From Ylistrum balloti (lineage: Eukaryota): a DNA stretch of 64,000 bases. A model generated the notes under the pieces. That model was not told the origin of the DNA and searched no databases. It was given only the letters and a program-made list of their open reading frames with translations. A program made the position numbers and the translations under genes. The stretch lies in assembly GCF_031769215.1 (NCBI RefSeq), contig NW_026782198.1, positions 930,001 to 994,000 on the forward strand. The letters are read 5' to 3'. Below, piece by piece: positions 14,301-25,963 of the stretch; position 1 is the first letter of the stretch, and each line of letters begins with the position of its first letter.

Positions 14301-17300
14301 GAAAGAGCTTTAACAGGCTCACACTTAGGAACTGTATAACATGGTTGAATATAGTTTGTTAAACTCTGATTTCAAGAGGACTGACAGGTTAGGTTACACT
14401 CCAACTTCTCCCCCTCTATTCTCTATTCTGCCTTGAATCAGTGTTTGTGAGCTGTGCTCTGGTAATAGATCCAGGTATACAACACCTGTTTGCTTGCAGT
14501 GTTTATCATCCTGTCAGCAGCCGAGGCAATTTGTAGTAGCTGGTGGTTACTACACTGAACAACAAAGAAAGCCTAAAGTCACAGGAGTCAAGTGTGTTGC
14601 CCAAGACCATTGTCACTACAGCACAGGTTAGTTTGTTTTCAGCTTCCTGAGAAACACAAACTGTCCCCAGTAGAGATTGTTGAACCACACACCTGAAATC
14701 TTCACCTGAGTGTGCAGAGTCAAACACTTGACCAACTGAGTAATCACAGCTCCAATATATGAAGTGTAACAGGGTATTAAGTATTTATCACTGATCACAC
14801 TCAAGATACAGTAATTATGTGACCTACTTGTGTAGTTTTTCTATGGCTTCCTTTGTGATACTGCCAACCTCCCTCAAACGGGCAGCCGTCATTCTCCCTC
14901 CATATAGCTGCATGGCTTGGGGGTTGGCTACATCAAAGTACAATGAAAAAGTTTTTTTAAACAATCTAGACACCAGTTTCATCTAATTTAAAAAAAAGAG
15001 GGGGGGGGGGGACAAAGCCATTCATTTATCTTAATACTGGTAGATAAGTTGAATAAGAGCAATATTACTCGCTCATATTACTGTCCATTTATTTCTGTTC
15101 TTATGAGAAATATTGATAAATACAATTTAAAGCTGAACATACTCTATATGCTGAGCCAAACTATTTCCATAATATGAAATGGTTTTCTAAGAATTATCTT
15201 CAACATTTTCAAATCAGAAAAAAACTATAAATATCTTTCAGAAAAAATCTTAATTAAGAGTGGCTAGATATTTGATGACCAGTTTTAAGAGGCCAATCAA
15301 AAGCTGCCCCAATCTATACACCCATGCTTCAAATACAAATCGACAAAGAATTGTAGATGTACAGTCAAATTTTCATATTAAATTGTATCTACACATATGT
15401 AGGTATCTACAATTTGAATGAGATGTTGCACTTTTATCTGGTAAGATATTTTATACCTGCATATAATTGCTGTAAAATGTGAGGAGGTAAGTGGGCTGTA
15501 TGAGGCAGGATGCTGGTCTGACGAAGTCCGTCAGGATTGTGTGAGGCATGGGCACTTACGGGCTGTGCAGGAAGGCGAATCACCTTAACACCTTTCAAGG
15601 CATGGATAAATTTAAAAGACAAAATCAAACAACAGGACTTTCAAAGATTTCAAAGAAAGCCATCTGCAAACTAAGAAAAAAATTCATATTTACATTTGTA
15701 ATTTAGCACATAAGAGCTGGATGTTTCTTATATACATGAAACTACATACTGTACAGATGCATATTTTAGCTGTAATGCTGTCTTGGTACCTTTCCTGCTG
15801 AGAGTATTGTGCTATTGTGCCAATTGTAGCTTCTGTATGTTACTTATACAGCAAGTACTGTGAATACATAATTTCATCTTTGCACCACTTTACTAATAAG
15901 AAATAATGTGCTGAAATCTCATTGCACCAAATCAAGTACATGGCCAATATTCTGACATGAACACTCAATGAACATAAATATCTTCTCCAAATTTTAACTA
16001 ACACTATCAAATTCTTAATACCTGATTTGGTGTCATTTCATAATGATGAAATAACAACGAAAAAATCAAAGCTGTCGCTTTGTTAATCAGTATTACTGTT
16101 TCATCCTTGAATAATATCAACTATTGCAACTCTAAAATACAACCAAAAAAATCCACACTGGAAAGCTGAAAGGTAATTAAAAACAAAACATTTAAAGCAG
16201 GGGAAGTAGCTGTGTGTAAGCAGGTATGAGAAAAATAAAAACAATTATTTAACAGAAATAAATATTGACTTTAAAATCAAAACCTTATCTTTTCATTTCA
16301 TTGCTATCCATCATGTGGATCAAACTGTTGAAACCTCAGCTTTATACAGTGGTATTTACCTGGGGGGAGTTGTTGGTGCTGTCCAGTACTTGTCTGTTGA
16401 CCTTCTGGTTTGGCAGGTAGCTTAATCACTGTGATTCCTGGATTTTTACTAGTACCTGCTTTTTTAATATAGAAACTTTTAGTACTTTTGCGATTTCAAT
16501 AAACAAACTGTACATACCAAGATTTTTTTTCACAATCAATGAACCTATCTTATTTTATGATATTTTATGTCACAAACAATCATATACATGGGTGAAATTT
16601 ATGAGGCTTAATGAGTTTTGCATATTTAGTTTGTTCAAGTTTCCCCCTCATGTAAATTTCTTGGAGAAATCACTGCATTGATAATTGCCTACCATGAGGA
16701 GCTTTGTTTTCTAACCGACAGTGCTATATAAAGGGACTAAATCCAATAAATAAGGAGATACCTATAAGATATGAATGTCCCAGCTTCTATGCTTAGATCT
16801 GTATCATTGTTGGATGAATTTACAAAAGTTGTCAAATGTGACCTTTGACCTTTTAATAATTTTTTTTCTAATATGGTGTAGAACTTGATATTATGATACT
16901 ATGGGTTAAACACATGTATGAACCAAATCTGTTTAAAGGTTCTCAGAATATGACTGATTTAGAACAAGACATGACAGAATGGACAGATATGGCTCACAGC
17001 ATGGTATATATCACCACTCTTGAAATGGCAGGGGCTTAAGAATGAGCAGATATCACTACAATCTATCTATTTGCTTTTTGTGAACCAAGTTACATATCTA
17101 AAACTCATACCTTTTTCACTTCTAGTATTATGGTCAGAGATTTTTTTATTATAGATAGAAATGGTATTCTGAAGTTTCTCCACTTCTTCCATCAGCTTTT
17201 TACCGCGGTCTGGTAGGGTAGACATTTTCACAGTTGCTATAATTTGCTGGAAAGAAAAAAATATGTACAATTTCAGTAATTATGATAGAAAAAAGTATGA

Positions 17301-20300
17301 TACTGGTATAAATAATGTTTTGAGTAGACCAATATTTTGTCATGTTTCATTTTAGCAGCAATTCTTTTTCTGGAATTTTAATAAGATATTATGAAAAGTT
17401 TAAAACAAAGTGCTCTAGATCTATTATAGATGACTGACCAATTTTGATTGCTCTTTTACTGGTTACATGACACTAACAGGTATTTTCACTAGAAGTAATA
17501 TGTTTTGAAAACAAATCATTTTCAGAGTTCCAAATTTCTGGGAGTTAGTTGTATTGAAACGTGATATTCATCTATTTGTCTTTTTGTACGATCTTCAAGA
17601 CTGAAGATGGTAAACACTGCTGGTAGACAATTTGTCCATGAGGTTTACCATAACCTGCATGCCACATTCTAATTCATCTAAATAGTGGCATGGTTTTAAA
17701 CATATATACAGTCAATTTTGGGATAAGTGTACTTCCCAGTCTAAATATAGTAACATTTACAGTGATTTTTTGGGACTGAAATATTTGAGTCCTTGACCCA
17801 AGCTTTTCCTGTAGGATTTGCTTAAATTTTGAGAACAAACTATATCTCTTGGTAACAGGACTCATCAAGATCTTGGAAATGTTGGACTGAGCTCAACAGA
17901 AAAAATCCTACAAAATTTACTGATTTATAAAGAACAATATAGATTTCCAAACTCACCTCTTAAGTTTAAAATATTTAGGCCCTTAACATCACTGACGAGT
18001 CTGAAGTTTAATTCCTTTCAATATTTGGCTATACTGCATCTAACTTTAAACTTGTATTGAAATGTGTGATTCACTTTTGTGTATAAACACAAACTTTATC
18101 CATATGCTAAAATGCATATCATGGTACTTTTTTCAGTTGATAAAAGCACAGGATATCTGTCATATTGATTATATAAATGGATATTACTATTACCTTCTGC
18201 TTTTGTAACCGTTTTAACAAACTGTCGCGGACTTCAATGTCTTGCTTCAAACTAAGCTGGTTAGCTGTTTGAAAACCTGTATTACTTGTACTTTGAGATG
18301 TGTGTACAATGATTGGTTCAGGAACTGTGACCATTGACTGCCCAGTGGTCACTACTGGTTTTATCTGTGTTGGGACCCCTCCATGGTTAGACATTTGGGA
18401 CAAATTCACAGTTGACTGAAGAGCTGTGTTCTTGTCGGACTGTACAGGAATGGTAGATTTACTGACATGTTCAATAGTAGACTGAGGAACTGTGATGTTG
18501 GCCTCCTCTGATGACATCCCTGGTCTTTTCTGTGTAGGAAGACTTACCTCTGCAGTTCCATTAGTCTTACTACTTATAGAGTCCTGTGCATGTGACACAT
18601 CATTTATCTGACCTTGACTCCTGTCTGAGCCATGACCTTTTGTATAGCCTGTCTGTGATACAGAAGTGGGTGAACTGTGACTGACCACACCATTATTTTC
18701 ACCATATTGTGTTAACATGTCACGCTCCTGATCTGCTAATCTTTCATCTTCATGTCCAATGTCACTATTACCATCACTGTCATTTTCATCGTCACTTGTC
18801 AGATCTATACAAGCAGCTGTAGACTCCCTTCGTCCACCCATTTTCAAATGGTTTAAAACAGATTTCTTTTCAGCACTGAAACCACTTTTGTCACTGCCAG
18901 TGGAGTTCTTCTGTTTACTTTGTGCTGATAATACAGCAAAACTGACTTCTTCCTGTGGTTGAGACACAACCTTGGCATTTTTCTTGAGTTTAAGTTTGCT
19001 ACAAACTTTTGGAATTTCTTTGTCTTGCAGATCTTTTTGACCAGAATCAAGATCAAGTTTTTCCATTCTTTTCGAGATTTGATCTGAAGTTGTTGAATCA
19101 ACACAACTCTTAGTGTCAGGTCCACCAGCATGGTCCACTTTAAGATTACTTTGGGTGTCCTTTTCTTTCGGACTTGTAATCTTCTCTGAAAATTTTGATG
19201 GGTTGTTCTGAAAATTAAAATCATATACCAATTTAGAAAAACAAACACATCTCAGTCAAAATGTTTTCACAAAACTCTGAGAAAGCCCTTTCAAACATTT
19301 TCAAATAGTTCTTCTGATATGATATGATAAAAAACACTAAACTGTAAAACTTTGCCTGATGATGAAAAACAAACACTCGTGTGATATTTTCATAATTATC
19401 ATTAAACAATGTTTTTTCATGGTACAGTGTATAATAAAATAGATACGCATCTTGGGGTTGACTGTCTGTCATCAAACCACACTTTAGGCCTTTTATAATA
19501 TAACACACATTCAATATATACTTTAAACTCCTTTTGTTTGTTAGGATATTGCCCCCATAAATAGATTGTTTTAAGGCAGGATGGGTTTGCATTACTTAAC
19601 ATTATTACCATTACTTTGGGGAACATCAAACAGGACACCCACCACATACTATCTAAAGCTATTGGTAAAGTGTCTTTGCAACAACAACTGGTTGATAACT
19701 ATACCAGGAGAAGGCACTGAGTACCTTCATACCATATATCAAAAATGTGTCCATGTATTAGTAACTGATTAAACAGAAACAGTATTTATCAAGACCCAAG
19801 CCCTAAGCTATGGCTTATAAGTTAACACAATGTCAATCATTACCTTAGATGAATAATAACCACACCATGTCTGTGTTTCTGGTCGTCCATGGCAACGGAA
19901 ATATTTCCTAAAGATAAAAAATGAAAAAAAAAAAAAAAAAAAAATGATTAAGAACTATCTTCATGCAATTTAAACTGTTCTCATCAATTTATATCTTTTT
20001 GAAGTGTGTTGCCTGGGCTGGGAGATGCAAACTGCACTTTTAATTACCCATAAGGTAGTGTCTTCACCTTTCCTAAAATTCCAGCAAAACAAAAAATAGC
20101 TCCGCAAACACGGGCAATACCCTACAGCCTTATTATAAAGTTGGGTGCAGGGCTGAGATTGTGAAGAACCTCAAAAAGCTGTGTAGGTCCATAGGCCCAA
20201 CATGCCCAGCGAAAATGGTGATTGCTGGTGATGTCGTTTTTGAGATAATGAGCGGAATGCAAATTCAAGATGGCGGCCGTAACCGCCATATTGGATATCA

Positions 20301-23300
20301 AGTGATGACGAAAAACAATAGGGTTGTATTGGTCAATAGGCCCAACATCCTCAGTAAAAATGGTGACCACCGGTGTCGGTGTTCTTGAGATAATGAGCGG
20401 AATGCAATTTAAGATGGCACCCGTAATCGCCATATTGGATATCGCACGGTGACGAAAAACAATAGGGTTGTATAGGTCCATAGGCCCAAAATCCCCAGTG
20501 AAAATGGTGATGACCGGTGATGTAGTTTTTGAGATAATAAGCGGAATGCAATTGTGGACGGACTGACGGGCTGTGGGGTAAAAAGGACATGCTTTGTTAA
20601 ACATTTACTCTTGATCTGCAAGCATCTTAAGCATTTTATACACATCAAACCTGTGATTAAATGCTCAATTGAATATCTGTTTCAATTGTTTGGTTTTTCT
20701 TTGACATGTAAACTTAAAAAAAAGCAGACATCAATGTTGACCCAAGATACAAAACTTCTGTATTGTTTAAATCACTTGCAGAGATTGAACCTGTATGTAG
20801 GGGCTTTCAAAGTTTTGACAGTCAATGGTCATCCTTCAATCAGTAGACACCTCATTATAAAGGACAATTTAAGTGGTCCAGCAACGGTCTGCTAAATACA
20901 GGTTTTACTGTATCTGCTACAACATGCATATACATGTTTAACAAAAACTCTGTTTCCTTCCAAAGATGATTTCCGTGATGCAAATGCTGTGTCATATGAC
21001 ATCTTTTAACTTTTCATCGTCAAGTTATTTTATTTCAAATTTTCAGGATATTTCAAATTTTTGTCTTTCCTTTCATTAAGTAACTGATCTATTGTATTTA
21101 TCTTACAAGAAACCTTAGGGCCACTACATGAACACGACTATAGACTAATATATACTGGGACGTAGGCACATCATAAGACAATGACATAACATACAGTGTA
21201 TTGTACCATTGTCCTGAGACAAGTATTTCTATCAAAACATAAGTAGATATAGTTGGGCATATTACAGGGCAATGAGGGGGATTGTTGGATATGTTTTCTA
21301 AAAATCAACAGATATGTGTGGGCTCATTTCTAGACAGGGAATAAATGCAGATCGCAACCAAATATTAACCAGTATATTTTATCTTCTCACCTTTGCTCCC
21401 CAGAAGTCTTGCTGTTTGACAAAGATTGCAGCTCCATTGTGTTACCTGGGTGGTTGGGACAATCTTGTGGAGCTAAACTGAGAGACAAACAATACTTCTT
21501 GTAAAATCAAAGCTATTAATATTCTTAGGAAACAATGATAAGCAAGTGAGAAAATGATCTCCATTTCTTTTGTATTTATCTCATTTTCAAACTAATGGAA
21601 TTCAGTAGCAACAATGTAATTCTATATTGTTATAAAGTGCCAGAACAGGGCTCTCACACCCCATTTTGGGACTGGGGCCCAGGGCCCTTAGAATTGGGAA
21701 AAATAGTGGCGTTTTCCTTAGAATTGGGAAAACTTGGGGTCTAAATTGGGAAAAAGATACTATTTTGCATTGAAATATTCGGCCCCAAATCTGGCAGATC
21801 GAGAGCCCTGCAGAATAACCCTTACATTGATTTTGTATATCAAGTTGATGATTGCAAAACCTGGAGTTGAAAACACAAGCATCTCAGTCTTCCCCATAGT
21901 GTTCATTGTGGTATTCTCTAATAAGGATTCTTCCCCTCTCCCCCACCCAAACCTGTACAACTACCAATTAAAGGCACTAAGAAGTTTTGATAAATTCATT
22001 CAAATCCATTAAAGTTATCAAAATCATTAAAAATAGTCATTTCTTTTGCATGTTTTAATGGGTAGAGTACAGACCTGGGAATTCAATTACCTATGTTATA
22101 AAAATTACTGTACACCCATCCTACTAGAAATAAATGTGTTTCTTACTCTGTTTTCTGTGCAAAGCCACAGGAGTCTGTTCTGCTACATACATAGAAACTC
22201 ATCCCTTGGGTAGCACCAGCTTTGGTTCCTGTCTTCAGCATGCATAGCTGATCTGTTTGGGTTATAAATCAAAATTTTAAAAAAATTCAACTAAAAAAAC
22301 CAACATCATTCTTGCATTGTTTATATTCATGTCAGATCTAATTTGGACTCAATTAATACAAAAATAGACAAATTTGTTGCTATAAATAACAAGAGTTGCA
22401 GGTAAATGTCCATGAAATAGTTAATTTGTTACTGCAATAGATCACTCTAGACCTATAATAACATCTATTTGGCAATATTTATATAAGCACACACCAGGTA
22501 ACAAGCCAATATTTCCTATATTTATCCTACAATAAGTCCAGGAGGTCTTAATATCACCTGTGATGCAGATTAGGAATTGGGCTGATAACAGGACAACTTT
22601 GTAGAGAAGCATCTGTTTGTAATTCAACAGAACAGGTGGGATTATTGTCAACACAGACTGTGACACTGAGGACCATCCATCCTTGACTAAATGGAAATCC
22701 CCTCTTACACATGCTGACATGTGCTCTCAACTTCTACCATAGCTGATCATGATAAGACACTTACATATATAGAGATATACTTAGATATACAATTAAAAAT
22801 GTAAAGGTAAATACAGCTATTACGACAGCATCAAGCTACCTCAAGCTACATGTCCCCTATACCTGGCCTGTGATAGCCTTTCAAAATCGAGGATGAAGGG
22901 GAGCAGTGAAAGGTCATAAAGGAAAGATTTTAAATAATAAATTCTATTGTATACATGCAAGTTCTCACATATGTACAGTACATTTTATTTGAAAGATGTA
23001 ATGTGGACAATTATTTGACTGCATAAGATGCAAAAACTGATTCAGAAATTTCTTAACACTGATCACATTTACTGTGTGTTACTCTAACGATTTGAGCAGC
23101 GCAAGCCATGATACGCCCAATATCAGGTTGTCTTGACGAAATCGGGCTATGTACCAGATGTACCGGCGTTCCAGTACCTGATCAGGTGAGTTGGCGACAC
23201 TATGACTACAGCCAAAAAGTCGTCCGAGAGATTGCAACGAACCTAGTCAGATTATAGCTGTTTACATGTCTCGTAGTTATAGTGTGACGATAATGATGGG

Positions 23301-23503
23301 AAAACAAATATATATATGTGTGTGTGTGTGTCATTATTTAATTTCGATTTGCGATATGGTCGCCTGTGATGATAAGACGATTTACGTATCATATTTATTT
23401 CACTTTTTTATTCGAAGCCCCTCAACAAAATGAAATATATGGTGTGAAGACCAATTAATCCAAAGTGAAACTTACCATGCTTTAGACAACGAACTGCTTC
23501 CAT
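2307..23503 (-). CDS. TTF2: Transcription termination factor 2 (SNF2-family ATPase, lodestar orthologue); 24 coding exons, about 1212 aa
   Basis: Exons in transcript order: 23476-23503, 22147-22252, 21391-21477, 19844-19907, 18194-19207, 17111-17246, 16360-16455, 15457-15591, 14828-14927, 13853-13992, 12104-12235, 11292-11445, 10185-10311, 9501-9694, 8625-8689, 7749-7837, 7182-7273, 6232-6442, 5744-5896, 5241-5299, 4565-4801, 3412-3486, 2766-2849, 2307-2367. All introns GT-AG with matching phases; total 3639 nt. N-terminus [18 protein letters not shown]...[12 protein letters not shown] resembles the TTF2 zinc-finger start. SNF2 motifs [79 protein letters not shown]. Confidence 0.95.
3568..3790. 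mobile_element. MITE family with tactgtaaaat...ttttcgtggg-type ends; related pieces near 48000-48190, 52270-52385, 62420-62615
   Basis: Recurring tttcgtgg/ccacgaaa motifs and tactgtaaaat / attttacag termini; boundaries approximate. Confidence 0.45.
4045..4190 (-). mobile_element. 5'-truncated SINE of a related family
   Basis: CORE-like gtgtctttaagcaagaaactttaccc and tail gaccgtggctgtacacggggtgataaatcc. Confidence 0.45.
8990..9545. repeat. 60-bp tandem repeat derived from the TTF2 exon 14/intron junction (3 near-perfect intronic copies plus degenerate ones)
   Basis: Exact 60-nt period in 9281-9540 (gaagttggttctgtat...atttccttacc...agtacatgtcta); degenerate copies reach about 8990. Confidence 0.95.
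12455..12898 (+). mobile_element. Non-autonomous Helitron/Helentron-like (HINE) element with two 143-bp internal repeats
   Basis: 5' short inverted repeat (ctcccagatc...ttcgggga), tgtc microsatellite remnant, repeats at 12552 and 12695, 3' tgttttataaacacatcttgtt end; layout described for bivalve HINEs. Confidence 0.55.
13239..13862. repeat. 31-32-bp minisatellite (roughly 19 units) derived from the TTF2 exon 10/intron junction
   Basis: Unit caagtttttccacactgaggtgacagccttac; the last unit overlaps the real donor at 13852/13853. Confidence 0.95.
14495..14755 (-). mobile_element. tRNA-derived SINE, CORE-like
   Basis: A-box-like ctcagttggtcaag, B-box-like ggttcaa, CORE-like gtcttgggcaacacacttgactc; similar to 191-465. 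Confidence 0.55.
16690..17040. mobile_element. Degenerate HINE-like interspersed repeat (similar remnants near 2430-2700, 6590-6860, 12930-13170)
   Basis: gacctttgacc, gacagaatggacagat microsatellite remnant and atatcacc...ggggcttaa end; family-style recognition only. Confidence 0.35.
20090..20610. mobile_element. HINE-like element with about 145-bp internal tandem repeats
   Basis: gagataatgagcggaatgcaa recurs at 20242, 20387, 20531; ggac microsatellite remnant at the right end; CpG-rich within a CpG-poor intron. Confidence 0.55.
21646..21810. mobile_element. 165-bp MITE with perfect 10-bp TIRs
   Basis: CAGGGCTCTC at 21646-21655, GAGAGCCCTG at 21801-21810, flanking direct repeat CAGAA. Confidence 0.8.
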
Positions 23504-24472
23504 TCTCGTCGATCTATATTTACATCTGATGATGCATTTCGACAAACTTCCGGCAATACAAACATAGCGCGTAAAAGTAAAATATTAAACTCGATCCAAT
23601 TACAATTAGGTTTACAAACGAATGCTCCAATCAAAATTGTGGTCTCATTTGACAACCGTAATGGATTACGCAGTTCGTTTTCTCGCATTTTGTTATTCAG
23701 GTTATATACACATTCGACTCTCAGTAGAGATGTACATATTTTTATGTGTATGAAGAAAATTCTTTTTAACGGCCAGGGTCATAATAAGAAGTAATCGTGT
23801 GCATCTACGTAATTTTTTTCCGTTGTGTTGTTTATTATTTTCTTTAATTTAATAATCAATTACATATTAATATAGAGTCTAGTATCAAACACAATACAAT
23901 CGGTTATACTTCTTACTTACTACCATTAACAGTAACATTGAAATAAACGTAGATGTTTATTTATTTAGTTTATGTTGTTTTTCAGTCATTAACCGGATTA
24001 GACACACAGTACTCTCATATTGAGTAACTTCTCTCCACTGAGGAAATTTAAAATGTACCTGTATGATTCATCAAGATTAGTAGTAAATGTAGGTACACTT
24101 GTATGTGTTTTGATTTTTAAGAAATTAAAGGTAATAACAAATCCCAACAGGACATATTTCCATTTGTGTTAATTGTGTTCTACTCATATTCCCTTATCAT
24201 TCTTGTATTTAGACCTCATAGTTTACATGTATCTATAAAACTTTTTACTTAAGTCTCTTATGTTAGTGGCTCGAATAACTGGAGTAAGAAATGCTGATAA
24301 TATTTTGTTAAACTGTCGGCCCCTTAGAATCCTCAAAAACATCAAGAAAATACCAACCATATTGTACAAGTGGTCATCCGGATATTTTATCACGTTTTCC
24401 ATTTTGATATTAGGAAAGTCCAAGACCGGAAGTTTCACCGCCTGATACAAAAATGAAGCAAGATTGATAAAG
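23504..24472. promoter_or_regulatory. Bidirectional promoter between TTF2 and ERI1
   Basis: Divergent genes under 1 kb apart, CpG-retaining DNA, mirror-image ETS-type CCGGAAGT motifs at 23546-23553 (minus) and 24426-24433 (plus). Confidence 0.65.
24426..24472 (+). other. Probable non-coding first exon of ERI1 (5' end approximate)
   Basis: Follows the ETS motif and ends at donor AAG|gtttgc; the coding exon has an acceptor at 25934/25935, 29 nt before its ATG, so an upstream exon is required. Confidence 0.5.
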
Positions 24473-24985
24473 GTTTGCTTTCGTCGTAGAATTGATTCTA
24501 ATTAGTTTTATTTTGAAATATGTATTGTATGATAAGTAGCAAAGCTGTTAAATTACAACACAATCTTCTGGTCATTTGTTAGAATGAAAATCTAGATTTA
24601 CTATTAGATTTGTGATCACGTTCAGTCAGAGACTACTCCAACAATGTTAGAGGTTTACACGGCGAGATACTTTTGATTGGCGCCGTGTAACAGATCCGCC
24701 AATGTAATCAGGTGGACTAAGACCTCTTATAGGTATAGGAGTAAGTCAGAGACGTGATATACACGTCTCTGCGTACAGTGTACAGTGTTCAAACCGGGAT
24801 CCTTCACATTACAACAAGTGTGGAACGTGAACCTAATATTAAAGGTACAAGAATGATAATTGACTCAGTGGCACATTTTTCAACAACATATCAGGATCTG
24901 CTGGTATTGCAACAATATGTACACTGATTCACAATTGATTACAATATGACAATACAATAATTATTTGTGAACTACTGCATGATGT

Positions 24986-25094
24986 TAGTCCGAAGGGCTG
25001 TGACTATGTATCCACGATTTTATTTTTGCCTTTGTCGCAGATCGCATCAAGAAAAAAATAAGTCGGTCCTAGATAGTCAAAACCCTTCGGACTA
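24986..25094. mobile_element. 109-bp MITE with 22-bp TIRs; degenerate second copy at 25506-25583
   Basis: tagtccgaagggctgtgactat versus atagtcaaaacccttcggacta (2 mismatches). Confidence 0.7.
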
Positions 25095-25963
25095 GTCTGA
25101 TGTAGGCATATGGACTGCAATATATGGATGACGTATTTTCATATCTTCGTATATCTCCAGTGATAATTATCTTAGAAAACGATTAATTTCAGTCTGATTT
25201 TTCCTCTGTTCATTGGGACTCAGATCTGCAGATGTCTGAGTCATAGTCGCTTATCATATGCATAACTCAGCAATAATTTTGGAACCCACTAGACTGTATC
25301 TATTATTAATGGAGCTCATCAAAATTTTGCAAACATTATTCTGCTCCTTTTAAACAATCCTACAAAATTGCTGTCAACTCCTTTTCCGTCAATTTCAGTA
25401 AATATCCAAACCAGAGGTATTTATAAATAATAACATATAAATTGTAAAATACTAAATTGTTTCTTAAACTCTACCAATGTAATTCTTTTGTATCCATTGC
25501 CTAGTTAGTCTGAAGGGTTCTGACTGTATAACAGATCAACTGTGACCAATACAATCCCTAATGTAGTTGGAACCCTTCAAACGTTTGCCAGGTAGATATT
25601 ATATTATCATTATACATGTAGCTGCATCATACATAGTTTACATACAAGTAGCAGATTAGTTAATTACATTTATTGACATAAGATTACGGGTCTACCTTCT
25701 AGTCAATTTAAGAACAAACATTAAAGATCCGACATGTCAACAACCAAAGAAAAATGATGTACCTTTGTAAACCTCTTGTTCTAGATTTATTACAAAATAA
25801 AAAAAAAAAGTTATTAAAACAAATTCCATTACATTCTTTCATTTTGAAATGGTTTGTAAAGATTGAGACAGTAAATGCTTGTAAACTTCACTGATCATAT
25901 TTTACAAATGTATTTCTGGTATTTTCTGTTGCAGAAATTGATTTTTAAATATTACAAAAAGCC

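Noticed and set aside
18759-19248. ORFs 18759-18962 (+) and 18853-19248 (-)
   Set aside because: Shadow frames of the large TTF2 exon.
20122-20648. Several repetitive ORFs up to 160 aa
   Set aside because: They follow the 145-bp repeat and show no domain.
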